A stretch of 64,000 bases of DNA from Podarcis melisellensis. Taxonomy: Eukaryota. Position 1 is the first letter of the stretch. Every line of letters starts with the position of its first letter. Under the pieces are notes generated by a model. The model did not search any database and was not told the DNA's origin. It saw only the letters and a program-made list of their open reading frames with translations. The stretch lies in NCBI GenBank assembly GCA_964234715.1, contig OZ174275.1; one strand, given 5' to 3'. Shown here piece after piece: positions 50,124-62,330 of the stretch. Position numbers and translations under genes: made by a program.

Positions 50124-50301
50124 TGATGAAATGCAGAGAAAAGGGGACACAAGCTCTTCTTAGTCCATTTGTTATCTACTTTGTGTATAGATAGACTTGT
50201 AAAGGAGTGGTCTAGAAGAATATATAAACCTGGTCAGAGACACCTGAGTATGAAGAAGCCACACTTCTACATGGTTTGGTTCTAATGTACTATGTTGTTT
50301 T

Positions 50302-50472
50302 GATGTGGCTCACTGGTAGAGCATCTGCTTTGCATGCAGAAGATCCCAGGTGGGGCTGGGAGAGATCCCCATCTGAAATACTGGAGAGCAGCTGCCAGTC
50401 AGAGTAAAAAAATATTGTGCTAGATTGACCAATTGTCTGACTTAGGATATATAGCATCTTTCCATGATTCCT
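50302..50472 (+). mobile_element. Short tRNA-derived SINE (internally deleted)
   Basis: TGGCTCACTGGTAGAGCATCTGCTTTGCATGCAGAAG head; core CTGGAGAGCAGCTGCCAGTCAG; TTCCATGATTCCT tail. Confidence 0.65.
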
Positions 50473-52013
50473 ATTCTGAATGGAAGAATTTTCCCAGTGA
50501 TATCTTTGTTCATCTGACACTGCAGGGGGAGGGGTTCTGAACTGGGAGAAGGAAGCACCCCCAACCCTGAAACCACATTACATAAATGTGGAAACATTTT
50601 AAAACCTATTCATTGATAACTGGTGTTTCCCTGTACCGTATTCCTGCATATTTAATAGGGAAAGAATTACTTGACTCTTTCCCCCACATCCTCCATTATT
50701 CATCTCATCCTCCTTTCTTTTCTTTTTGGCATGAAATTTGATTTGTGCTTGTTAAAGGGCTGATGTAATGTGAGAAAGAAGTAGAATCTGAGGATCCCCT
50801 AGTACAGAATAGTACTGACTCAAGAGAAAAGGAGTGTTTCTTCATTGCTTCTTGGTGCCATCTTTCACTCTCTCTTCCCAGTGAGTAAGTTGAAGCGTGA
50901 GATAGAAATTGGCAGAAAACCAGGTAGCAGAAATGAGCCAATTCAACCAGTGAGCCTGAACATCAACAGCAAAAAAAACAGCATTGCTTCACTGAGAGAA
51001 CAATCCTATACATGTTTCCTCATGGGTCAGCCATGCAGTTTCCAAATGAGCTTACACCCATGTGATGATGGGCAAATTTGCTGATTTCAGTTTCTCATTT
51101 TTCCAATCAGGAGTGAACTAATGTGAATTAGTTTTTAAAGTCCTCATGAAAATTCATCAGCATTTTAGTGTGAATTTATTCGAATACACACAGTTGCAAA
51201 GCAATTTCCCTTAATATAATGCACGTTTGTATGCTTTTCACCAGTATATCCAGTTTCATGCATACCTCACCACACACACACACACACACACGCACACACA
51301 CACACATACATACACACACACAGCGAGCGAGTGAGAGAGATTACTTGCCTGGGGAACTGCATTGCAAAATTTTCAGAATTGTAAATTCTGAAGGATGTCT
51401 GTGTTTTGCTCCTTGTGTTGTTTCAGAAAGTGCAGTTTAGTTAGATTCCCTCTTTAAAGGAGAACTGAATAAAATATATCTCCCTTCCCTACTCTTTGTG
51501 TGCAGGAATACAACATGAAAGGGGCCACTTCATGCTTTTGGTTGCAGAACAGATTTGCTGGTATTTACTATGGCAAAATCATACAATGTCAAGTAGAGAT
51601 GTCCATTTCCATAAACACATGCTAAAATGAAATAATAACTATGGCTTCTAGGCAGGAGTGCCAGCTTGGCCTCGTGACCATGGGTCGCTGGGGCTGTGGG
51701 TGCCATGCAGTGTACATGCCCCTGGCACTGAAATTTGTGCGTGCCCGGCCCCTTCATGGGGAATCTTGTGGGTGCTCAGGCACCCAGGGCTCCAGGGAGT
51801 TGGCACCTATGCTTCCAGGTACATGTTCACTGCATGTCTGGAGATGCACACTGTATCATTTTGGGGGGGGGGGTTACACACACACAGCAGGTGGAAATTA
51901 GTGAAGACCAGGCTCAGTCACTGAAACACAAATTAAATGAATTGGGCTTCTTGTCCTTTTCTGTGAACACTCACAACCACCCTTCACATAATTTATTATC
52001 TAAGGCTGGGTTA

Positions 52014-52368
52014 GGGACGTGGGTGGCACTGTGGGTTAAACCACAGAGCCTAGGACTTGCCGATCAGAAGGTCAGCGGTTCGAATCCCTGCAACGGGGTG
52101 AGCTCCCGTTGCTCGGTCCCTGCTCCTGCCAACCTAGCAGTTCGAAAACACGTCAAAGTGCAAGTAGATAAATAGGAACCACTCCGGCGGGAAGGTAAAC
52201 GGCATTTCTGTGCACTGCTCTGGTTCACCAGAAGCAGCTTAGTCATGCTCGCCACATAATCCGGAAGCTGTACGCTGGCTCCCTCAGCCAATAAAGCGAG
52301 ATGAGCACCGCAACTCTAGAGTCGGTCAAGACTGGACCTAATGGTCAGGGGTCTCTTTACCTTTACCT
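52014..52368 (+). mobile_element. Full-length Sauria SINE (Squam1)
   Basis: GGGACG start, A box, B box GGTTCGAATCC, body CCTGCCAACCTAGCAGTTCGAAA, (ACCTTT)n tail; 13-bp TSD TAAGGCTGGGTTA (52001-52013, 52369-52381). Confidence 0.9.
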
Positions 52369-52858
52369 TAAGGCTGGGTTATAATGGGGGTGTATGTGGT
52401 TTCCTCCCCTGGCAAAAATCCCACTCACCGTTTGTGATCAGGGCCCCTTTTTCTCCTGAGGCCATTACAGAGAGAGGTCCCAGCAATTTAGGCAGGCCCC
52501 ACTCACTGAGGAGGCAGTCCTTAGCTGAAAAGAGCAATTTCTTAATGAAGCTTCAGTGAAAATACTATTTTATACTGTCCCAATAAATTGTTTATAGGAA
52601 CTCTTATCCAGAGCATTTACATTGTTTTTTATAACTGAGAGAAACTTTATGACCGTGATCCACAAATCATATGACTCACAGTGTATCTATTTGAAAATGT
52701 CTTCATCACCTCTTCCAAAAGATGTAATGTTCTCCAACTTTTCTATTAGAAAGCTGCTATGTCCCACACAGCCATTAAACATCTAAATATCACTGGTTAA
52801 GCAAATGGTTTTAAATGAAGTAATGATCACCTGCAGAACTGAATTGAAGCAATATAAT

Positions 52859-53151
52859 TAGGGTCACCATATTTCAAATGGTGAAAATCCAGGCAGAAAA
52901 GTTCCTGAGCTTCTTCTTCTTCCTTTGCCAAAGTTGTTTAGCTTTTTTGAGTTTTAGCCAAATTTGTTGGGCAAACCTTTTTGAAGTTTTTTTGAGCTAT
53001 TTTTAAGGGAAATAGCCAAAAACAATATTGTTGACATGGGTTGCCATACGTCTGGATTTTCCTAAATATTTTTGCGATTCCTACCCAGACACTGCTTCCG
53101 AATGCAGTATTCCAGAAATGTCCAGGAAATTCTGGATGCGTGGCAACCTTA
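52859..53151. mobile_element. hAT (Blackjack-like) MITE
   Basis: TAGGGTCACCAT ... GTGGCAACCTTA; internal match to 919-1154; TSD AATATAAT / AATATACA. Confidence 0.75.
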
Positions 53152-53255
53152 AATATACAGCCACAAGTACTGTAAAGGGTGTAGCATCCTGTTGTTGTGG
53201 ATCCATAGATTCAAATCTGTATGGCAAGTGGCGGTGTTTATAAATGGAAATCTTG

Positions 53256-54224
53256 CTATCGACCTCTGAGTACCATCACTTTCCTTTGCAATATTTTGCC
53301 GAGGGTATCCTTCACCTCTTCATTTCTCAAGCTGTAGATCAATGGGTTCAACATGGGGAAAATTACAGTATAAAACACTGAGATTATTTTGTCTGTGTCC
53401 AGAGCATAGCTGGAGCTTGGGCGCAAGTATGTGAAGAGAAGAGTACCATAGTACAAAGTGACAGCCGTCAAGTGGGACGTGCAGGTGGAAAAGGCTTTGT
53501 GGCGGCCTTCTGCTGAGTGGATCCTCAAGATGGTGCAAAGGATGCAGGCATAAGAGATAAGGATGAACACGAAAGTGCTCGTTTGGATGAATCCACAAAG
53601 GGCAAAGAGCAGGATTTCATTGAAGTGGGTGTTGGAGCAGGAGAGGGCCAACAGAGGAGGGATGTCACAGAAGAAATGGTTGATGACATTGGAATTGCAG
53701 AAGGAGAGGCGGAAGGTAAAGTAAGTGTGCATAAATGAGCTCATGCCGCCTGTGAGATAGGAGCCAGCTACTAGCCAGACACAAACCTTGCGCGACATGA
53801 GAACCGGATAAAGCAGCGGGTTACAAATGGCCATGTAGCGGTCGTACGCCATGGCAGCCAGCAGGAGGCATTCCGCATCTGCAAAGGAAGCAAACAGATA
53901 CATTTGCGCAATGCATCCTGCAAGCGAAATAGTTTTCCTTCCTGTTAAGAAACTGGCCAGCATCTTGGGAGTAATGGCAGAGGAGTAACTGAGGTCTAGG
54001 AAGGCCAGATTGTTGAGAAAAAAGTACATTGGACTGTGCAGAGAGGGACTGATCCAGATTAACGTCATGATGCCGATGTTCCCCACCAGGGTAGCCACAT
54101 AGATGGCCAGGAAGAGCACAAAGAGGACTACCTGTGTCTCTTGATGATCTGTGAAACCAAGGAGAATGAACTCAGTCACTGTTGTCTGATTCCCCTTGAC
54201 CATTGCTTCTGTTTTCATATTCAT
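53256..54224 (-). CDS. Olfactory receptor, class II; gene 11 (inverted paralog of gene 10)
   Basis: 322 aa; canonical motifs; minus-strand acceptor CCTTCTCTTTCAG at 54321. Confidence 0.97.
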   Translation of the reverse strand: MNMKTEAMVKGNQTTVTEFILLGFTDHQETQVVLFVLFLAIYVATLVGNIGIMTLIWISPSLHSPMYFFLNNLAFLDLSYSSAITPKMLASFLTGRKTISLAGCIAQMYLFASFADAECLLLAAMAYDRYMAICNPLLYPVLMSRKVCVWLVAGSYLTGGMSSFMHTYFTFRLSFCNSNVINHFFCDIPPLLALSCSNTHFNEILLFALCGFIQTSTFVFILISYACILCTILRIHSAEGRHKAFSTCTSHLTAVTLYYGTLLFTYLRPSSSYALDTDKIISVFYTVIFPMLNPLIYSLRNEEVKDTLGKILQRKVMVLRGR

Positions 54225-54607
54225 ATATGCGTAAGCAGCACTTGCCGATCCGAGTAGGGAGACAGCAGAGAAGTTGCTCTAAGAGCAGGTTTCCCCTCAG
54301 ATTTCGTCTGTTACTTGTATCTGAAAGAGAAGGTGAATGTGCTTAACAACCCACCCATTTTGAAACGCTGCTTTGCATAATCACCATTTATCCAGCTGAA
54401 AACCTTCACAAGTGTTGTCATAAGGGTAATATAAATGAGTGGCTCTATTTGGCATAATATGAAACTTGTGCATATAGTGTTTGGATATGTGAATAAATTG
54501 AGAATCAGTAACTTTACAAATCCTGAAAAACCTGCCTGCCGAAGGCAAAAGGGAGATCAGTCTCCATGTGCCTCATGTAACTGCAATGTCTGCCATTAAT
54601 GTCCTAT

Positions 54608-54640
<33 letters not shown>

Positions 54641-54739
54641 CCTTTCTGCATTACTTGCACTCAAGATGGTAACAGGAATATAACTATAAAACACAACAAT
54701 GCAATGCTCCATAATGCAATATATTAGTTTTAAAACTTG

Positions 54740-55574
54740 TGTCAGAGCTGCCCAAGGTCCCAGCTCACAGAGGACCAACGCCAGTTCTTGTTATATACAA
54801 AAGTCTTTATTAAGGTTCAGTTTCGATTCCAAAGCCGCGGCGCGCAGCTCTATGTCTCAACCCTAGACCGCTGAAGCTCCGTCTGAATCTCCTCCCCCCA
54901 GACACCAGTTCAAGACCCTAGCCTTGCTCCACCTCCTCCTTTGCTCCTTTCTCCTCTGGGTCCTTCTGCCCGCTGGGGTGTTGCCCTTTCTGGACTCTTC
55001 TGATGCTGATGCTGACGAGTCCCCGGATTCTTCCCCCTGCCTCCGGCGTGCTTTAGGACCTGGCTCCCAGTCTGCGCTCCCGGCTGTCCCGCGCGCCTGT
55101 GCATTTGAACTTGGCGCGCGCGCCCAGCTGGTAACCTTCCTCCTGACCATTACACTGCTCCTTTCACTGCTTCCTCCTTCGGGGGGGCTAACTGGATCTG
55201 ACTTCCCCTCTATTCCCTCACTCAGCGACAGGGGCGTGGTCAGCCCTGACTCATCTTCTCTTTCCCCTGGAGTGGAAACCGGTCCTGACACCTGGGACTC
55301 TTCCCCCCCCCCGCTACGCTCTGTTGGGGAACCTGGTCCCGATCTCCAGCTGCTGCTTTGGGAGTCACCGCTGGTTCCTTGCTTCTGGTGCCTCCCTCCC
55401 GGGAACCCCCTTGCTCTGGCTATCGGTGCCCCCTTCTGGGAATCTTCCGAATCACTGGGCAGACTCATGGAATCTCTTGCCCCACTGTCTTCCTCACCTA
55501 CGCTGCCCTCGGATTGTTCCCCTTCGCTCTCCGCTTCCTCTTTCCCCTGTGCCTCTGCTCCTGAACCCCTGACA
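54740..55574 (-). mobile_element. Young solo LTR (835 bp; probably Gypsy-type)
   Basis: TGTCAG...CTGACA termini; 5-bp TSD ACTTG (54735-54739, 55575-55579); minus-strand AATAAA at 54806-54811; many intact CpGs. Confidence 0.88.
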
Positions 55575-57204
55575 ACTTGTATTAAAACAGAATAAAACTT
55601 TCAGAATAAAGAACACCAATCAGTAGCATAGAGTTGGGGAAGTTGTGGCCCTCCAGATGCTGCTGTACTACAACTCCCATCATGCCTGACAACTGACTCA
55701 CTGGGGTTGATGAGTGTTAGGAGGCCAGCAACCTATGGGGGCGACAAGTTATCTACCTCTGCATTAAACTATAAACCAGCAGGAAGATATTTACACAGTC
55801 ACAGCTTTAAAACAATAAAACAGCAGCTTATACAAATATTTAATCAGTGAAAAACTAATGGGGACAGAGAGGTGTGTGTGTATATATGTGTGTGCATTTA
55901 AAGTATTTTTAATACTATGGTACTTCCCTGCTCCCTTCTTTGCCCTATCTTTCTCTCAGTATATAAGCACAATTATGCACATATAATACTTTATTTTTTT
56001 ATATAAAACTCAGAACAAGAGAGCTTTACAGCACAATCTTAACCATGTATATTTAAAAGGAAGTCCTACTTAATTCAGTGGAGCTCACTCCAAAGTAAGC
56101 AGGGTTAGGATTGCAGGCTGAGCTGTTTTCTGGTTTCTTAAATAATCCCTCCCTGCCCCCCAAAGCTGCTAGCAAATCATGATGATGAAACAAATCATGA
56201 TGATATGCACAGTACTTACTTCCATGAGATGATGGCTATCACTAGAAAAATGTAAGGATGGGTGACAATTTGGGGGGGGGGGTATCTGCAAGAAAGAGAA
56301 CGTTTTAGCATTTTGTACATGTAACAGTCCAAGAATGTATACACAAGTTCACCTTTAAAAAAAAATCCGGGTTAACCAATCGAGAGAGCCGTTTCTGTTT
56401 CTTGATTCCCTGTTCACCTGCTCCACCATAGCTACAGAGACTACTTCATAAGGGAGGACCCCCATATCCAGCCACTGTGTAAAAACTCGAAGGTAAATCA
56501 GCTTCCTTGTGAGGAGTTTCTGTGAGGAGTTCGTTGTGAAGAGTTTCACTAACTTAGCTGAGGGGTACATAGGGAAAACATGTCATTTTGCTTTGGGGTT
56601 GTATTTTGGTACTGTGCTGATTTTAGATAAGCTGCTTTGTGTACTTCAGTGGAAAGGGGGTATAAAATCTTGTTTGTTTGTTTACAAACATTTCTGAGCT
56701 GCCTATTATTTCAAAATACAATAAAATAGTGAATACATAAAAACAAACTACAGCATAGAACCAGTAAAAGAATATTATAAAAACGGGAATTCAGTCATAA
56801 CGGGCTCCAACTATATGGGTGGGTGGATGGTTGTATATATTTAAAAGCCTGAGCAAAATGTTTTAGCACTTCAGCATCTGAAGAAACTTGGGGATAATGC
56901 TTCAAGTATTATCAGAGAAAATAATATGACTAAGGTGCTCCCTCGGGCCTTTTCCATGCTAGTTTCTGCCTTGTGACAGGCTTTTGCTTCCATTGCCATC
57001 TGCACTGTGAGGAGCATGAATTCAGTAGCAGGAGGCACGTATCCTTCAATGTCTACTAAGAATGCAGATTAGCATTTTTACTTCACAGAGCAGTTTACAG
57101 AGAGAAAGTGCAGGGTTTAGGGATAACTAACCCATGCAATGCTCTCATAAGAATTCACACCAAACCTGTCAGATTGGGTTGGAACTATGGCCTGGAGAAC
57201 TTGC

Positions 57205-57470
57205 ATCATAGCATCATAGAACTGTCGAGTTGGAACAGTGGCGTAGCGTGGGTTGTCAGCACCCAGGGCAAGGCAAGTAATTTGCGCCCCCTAACCCTAA
57301 CCCCCAGATGTTGCGCCCGGTGCGGCCAGCCCCCCCTGCACCCCCCACACTACGCCACTGAGTTGGAAGGGACCGCGAGGATCATCTAGTCCAACCCCTT
57401 GCAATGCAGGAATCTTTTGCTCAATGTGGCTCTCAAGCCTGCAGCCCTGAGATTAAGAGACTCATGCTCC
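57205..57470 (-). mobile_element. SINE with tRNA-Lys(CTT)-like head and CR1-like 3' tail, interrupted by a MITE
   Basis: CCCTGAGATTAAGAGACTCATGCTC is antisense to the tRNA-Lys anticodon arm; CATAGAA..GAGTTGGAAGGGACC...ATCTAGTCCAACCCC is an antisense CR1 3' end. Confidence 0.7.
57236..57360. mobile_element. Young hAT MITE (copy 1)
   Basis: TIRs CAGTGGCGTAG / CTACGCCACTG; perfect TSD AGTTGGAA. Confidence 0.92.
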
Positions 57471-57619
57471 ATCTTTGGCCCTGGAAAACACACTGCCTCT
57501 GAAAAGTGGGAGCAGTAATCTATTCCATAAAGTGTCAGTGCTCATTGTAAGATTATGAGACACTGTGCAAATTAAAAGTGCTATATGTTAAATGATGAGG
57601 CACTCACTACTATACTATC

Positions 57620-57789
57620 CAGTGGCGTAGCGTGGGGGGTGCAGGGGGGGGCCGGCCGCACCGGGCGCAACATCTGGGGGTTAGGGTTAGGGGGCGCAAA
57701 TCCACGGGTTAGGGGGCGCAAATCCACAGGTTAGGCGGCGCAAATTACTTGCCTTGCCCCGGGTGCTGACAACCCACACTACACCACTG
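57620..57789. mobile_element. Young hAT MITE (copy 2, inverted, with internal 22-bp tandem repeat)
   Basis: TIRs CAGTGGCGTAG / CTACACCACTG; perfect TSD ATACTATC; unit GGGTTAGGGGGCGCAAATCCAC repeated ~3 times. Confidence 0.92.
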
Positions 57790-58274
57790 ATACTATCACA
57801 ATATATAAATGTGTAGCAATGACAGAGCAGGGGGGGAGAGGCATGATAATCATGATTAAAGGGTGCCTAAATGCTTTTTAAAACCTTGTCTGCCTTTTAA
57901 TATAGGTAAGCATAATTTTAATATAGGATTATCAATGAATTTAATATAATTTTAGCTCTTTAACCAATTAGTCAGTTTCATTAAAATAATGTAATGTTAC
58001 CCATACCTCATGATTCTTTATTCTTATTCTTACTCTTATTTATTAATTGATGTATTTATATATCACCATCTCATAAAATATCAGTGCAGTATGGTGCAAT
58101 ATAAAAACATAAAAACCATTAAAGGTAATACAGAGCAATTATTATACTGATTAGCTACTCAATAAAATTCTAAACAACTTCATAGGCCTGTTGGCACAGA
58201 AAGGTCTTTAAGAGACATCTGAAAAGTCAAAAGGGAGGATGCCTGCCCAGTCTCTGTTGGGGAGGGTTTTACAG

Positions 58275-58520
58275 CAGGCATGTCCAACAGGTAGATTGTG
58301 ATCTACTGGTAGATCGTGGGGTGTTCCTGGTAGATGCTGGTAGATCTTGGGCCCCTCAATGAGCTCCTCCCCCTGCCCACCCCACCCAAAGGGGGGAAAA
58401 CAACAAAAAAAGCTCAACAACTTTGCCGTTCCCAAAAAAGCTGAACAACAATGGGTAGATCACTGCCAGTTTTTGTATACTGTGAGCAGATCGCAGTCTA
58501 TTGGGAGTTGGATGTCCCTG
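58275..58520. mobile_element. hAT MITE nested in an old minus-strand L2 fragment (~58030-58580)
   Basis: TIRs CAGGCATGTCCAAC / GTTGGATGTCCCTG; perfect TSD TTTTACAG; internal GTAGATC repeats. Confidence 0.85.
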
Positions 58521-61500
58521 TTTTACAGCATAGGACCAATGACACTAAATTCATGGCTTCTGAGTGAGGTCAGTCAAGCCTCTGTAACATTTTGTTTATG
58601 TATTGCTTCCCATAAAACATCCCATAGTGATTTTACAAGAAACACAGGTTCCTTTTCATATATTATTTTAAAGTGTGATGTAACTTGAATTTAATGTTAG
58701 AAGAAAAAGTTTTCTTTAACTTTTATTGATTCCCTTTTATAGAAACCGTAATAACCCCCTAAAAACCTCTTGGCTCCTCTGCCACATTTGGCTCTTGCTA
58801 ATTCAACTCACCAACCTTCACTCAATCAACTAACAAACTTTAGTTGATATATCTACCAATCAAGCCTTCAGTCTTATTGAAATTATATTTTGCGTTAGTA
58901 CAAAAGCTTCAAAAGATACTTTAAGAAAGCAACAGTACTGTTTTGAAATATTCCAAAGGAAAATATCTTTCTCATCACTTTCTCACACTTTGACACACGT
59001 GCTTCACTCAAAGCTTCTAATTTCTCTGAACAACTCATCACCAGCCCTTTTTTCCCTTTACATTGGAGAAATGGCCATACCTGTTAGATAAGAAGAACGA
59101 CGGCCATTCTCTATTCCTGAGGATATGCAAGACAGAGTTGATGGTTTCCTTCCATCCAACATAATGCCACTTTGAAAGAAAGATAAACTCATATCTTTGT
59201 CTTTCAAGACAAGACCTGTTGGGAAAATTAAAATGCCCTTTGCATCTCCTGGGGGGTAGATTAATGACATGCAGAAAAGTGGCCTTGAAAAGTTAAGTAA
59301 AGTTCATAGTATTTTGACTAACATTTGGTAGGAAAACTTAGCAAACTGCAAAAAACAAAAACAAAAACACAGTACTTTCTTTAAAAGCGCAGAAGTTTGC
59401 TGCCTGACATGAAGATGAGTAAAGAACCCATTTTGGTGGAATAACCTGAGGACTTAATTTTGTTAAAAGGGAAATAATACCTGTCATTTTGGTTGTCAAG
59501 TTGGTTGGTGAGAGGGAGAGAGACAGACACCATATAAGGTCCCTTTGAATAGGTCATTCCATATTGCATGCTGGGGTCCAGATCTTATATTCATCACAAT
59601 GGTCTCTTGAAACGTGTTTCCTTACCTGTGTACTCAGAATTCCTGCTCACGTAGAACAGGGATGGGAAATCTTTTTTCAATCTGAAGGCCACATTCCCTC
59701 ACTGACAAGCTTCTGGGAACCATATGCCTGTGGTGGGTGGAAACAGAGGCAAAAGTGCGCAGAGCAGTGGATATGATTCTTCATTCTGTGTAGTAAACTT
59801 CTACAAACCCAACCATACACTGCTCCATCTTTCTTTCAGGCAAGCAATCGGCATTATGAGAGTTTGAGGAGTCCTACCAATGACATCCCATTTGCTTTGC
59901 ACTTTATTCAATTATTTGTGACTATTTTCTTACATTTGTATTTGGCATAAATGTGGTCTGTGGAGGTCATCTGTCCAGGTACTGACCAAATCCGGACCTG
60001 TTCAGCTTTACCAAATGGCTCCATGTGCTTCCCGATCATACCCTGGGACCATTGTAAATTGACTCTGCACTTGACTTATTGCTATTATTCATTATGTTTT
60101 TATACCGCCCTTCATCCAAAGATCGCAGGTTCCCCACCCCTTCCAGGGTTGTATCCAGCATTAGCTGTATTCAGAGTAGAACTATTGAATCAAGCCACCC
60201 CAATCTCAGTCGAGCAGTAGCAAGAGATTCCAGGGTTCTTGACACTTCACCAGAGTTTGTGTTTCTTTGGAGGAAATGAGGCACAACACAGGCTAGGGTC
60301 TTTATGAAGTATGGTTTTTACACACATATGCACACCTGAGATTTATGGAGAGCTCACAGCATTTGCATTTCTAGAGGGGCTTGTCCTTCCCAACAGCGCA
60401 GCATTGGATTCAGAGCCATCCTGAGCACCAAAGCTGTGTCTGTCTGTAACAGCCTGCTCCAGCCAGCCAGCATGGCGGTTGCTCTTCAGTCCTAACATGG
60501 AGTTCTGCCCACTTCCTCCTCCTGTTTCCTAGTGGCACCTGCAAAAAACAAACCTTCCGCTTCCAGCATCCCCAGCCTCTGTTGCCCCAACCATGGCAAC
60601 TTCTGTTTCTCAAGTCCACCACAAAAGGATATTTTCTTCTTTTTTGCTATTGCTTACATCAGGCCAATGGTAATCCTACCAACCCCAAAAGCTACTGGGC
60701 AGAGAGTCTGATGTTTGCCAATGCCTTGCCATTATCAAAAAAAGCAGGCCTTTATCAGCCTTTTGTTTCTTCAATGAACCGCCCACAGTGAGCCTCATGA
60801 GGAAGCTAGCTAGTATTATTTCCAGCCCTTGCTAAATTCATGAATATATGAGTTTGCTCATGAATTTCTAACCCTTCACTGAATGTAGAGGTTATTGGGG
60901 GGAGGAGCTCACCTCCCAAAACTCATAATAATAACTTAAAACAATTTATTTCAATGGGTCTTCTTTGTGTATGAAGCATTTGGATATGTCTCCAATTACT
61001 AAAAATGCCAGCACGTAAAGACACTAAAAAACCCCAACAGAGAAAATGGCTAAAATGCTAGTTTAACATTTTAATAAAATGTTAATAATGGCATTTCCCC
61101 TCCCACCGCTTGCATGTGGCCCCCAGAAAATTGCCCTAAGATGAGTGTGGCCTTTAGGCTGAAAAATTTGCCCCACTCCATTAATTTGACTTAGTTTATT
61201 GATTGGTGACATTGGGAGCTAAATGGACAACCTACTGCAGCAGGAAATCTTGCATTCCAAGCATCAAGCACGTTTGTTGTATGGTGTGTTCCATCACCAG
61301 GAAGAATTCTTGAAGCAAGTTTGAGATTTTCAGTTTGTAAACTGTAACTAATTAAGAAGCAATAAATGATAAATGTTTACACAACATTGCAAGAAGTTTA
61401 CATTCTAGAGGAGTGAACGTGCTTATCAGCTGCAGAGGGTAGATAGGGAGATGTCTTGTGGCACCACTAAAGTGTCACATAATTTTCTGTTCCGCAGGAA

Positions 61501-61913
61501 TGCTCATCTTTATGTGATTAATGCTGCTCCTAAGTGGTAAAAGGCATGATAATGAACCCAGAACAGCTCTGCAGTGCATTCTCTTCCACAGCAATAGCAT
61601 GGTGCACACAAAAACCTAGATCTCCCATCCAATTCTGTGATTCCATGAATCAAGAAGGAAATCCCATCCCATAAGTATGGCCATGCATCCAAATGGTTTT
61701 CAGGTTGCCAGAAAAGAAATCAGGATAATTTTCCATTCTTGGGCAAGGTGACTGAGCGAGCGGTTGCCGAACAACTCCAGGCACGCCTGGAAGAAGCGGA
61801 CCATTTGGATCCCTTCCAGTCAGGATTCAGGCCTCATCATGGGACTGAAACTGCCTTGGTCGCACTGGTTGATGATCTCCGGCGGGCTAGGGACAAAGGT
61901 GAGAGCTGTTTCC

Positions 61914-62328
61914 TGTGATGGTTCAGAATTTATCTGGTTAAATTCCCCTGGTGTGTGTCACCTGCTAACGTCAGCTTACAGAAGCTGGGCGGAGACAGAA
62001 GCTTTTAGAAGCTAAGAAGGAGGAGTTTTTCCCTGTACTTTCACTTCTCTCTGTGTATCTGAGAGAGAGTAATGGCGGCCAAGAGTGACGGACTTTAATG
62101 CTGCAATGTTTTAATAAAGAGCTGTAAATAGACACACCTGTCTATGTGTGCTTGCCTGGAAACTAGGCTGCTTTACACGCTGTTCAACTCTGCTAAGCCG
62201 TGACCTGAAGGGAGCAACAGTGGCGCAGCTGTGAAGAAGTGTGCCGGACCCGTTATAAACTGCTGATTGGGATCGTAAACCTGTCCCCGGTCGCGGCCCC
62301 ATCGATCAAGGGAAGATCGATATCTCCC
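61914..62328 (+). mobile_element. LTR (61914-62219) plus putative PBS/leader, truncated
   Basis: Starts TGTGATGG; AATAAA at 62113; ...GCAACA, then G-TGGCGCAGC (PBS-like). Flanked by a 148-bp direct repeat of L2 sequence. Confidence 0.6.
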
Positions 62329-62330
62329 CC

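Noticed and set aside
3664-53738. Short antisense or alternate-frame ORFs overlapping OR genes and AT-rich intergenic ORFs of 60-150 aa
   Set aside because: No recognisable domains; recurrence among paralogs follows from OR codon conservation or unit duplication.
54924-55595. 223-aa plus-strand ORF with a signal-peptide-like start
   Set aside because: Non-ATG start; antisense shadow of the purine-rich LTR frame; runs past the LTR boundary.
57415-57470. tRNA-Lys-like sequence; other tRNA-like heads at 25870, 50305 and 52020
   Set aside because: Degenerate and fused to SINE bodies; no intact cloverleaf.
57676-57745. Repeat units that could suggest a CRISPR array or true interstitial telomere
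   Set aside because: Eukaryotic context, no unique spacers, at most two consecutive TTAGGG; internal to a MITE.
59060-59110. Minus-strand AACAGGTATGGCCATT resembling the DRYVAI codons of an OR pseudogene
   Set aside because: No other OR motifs at the expected spacing.
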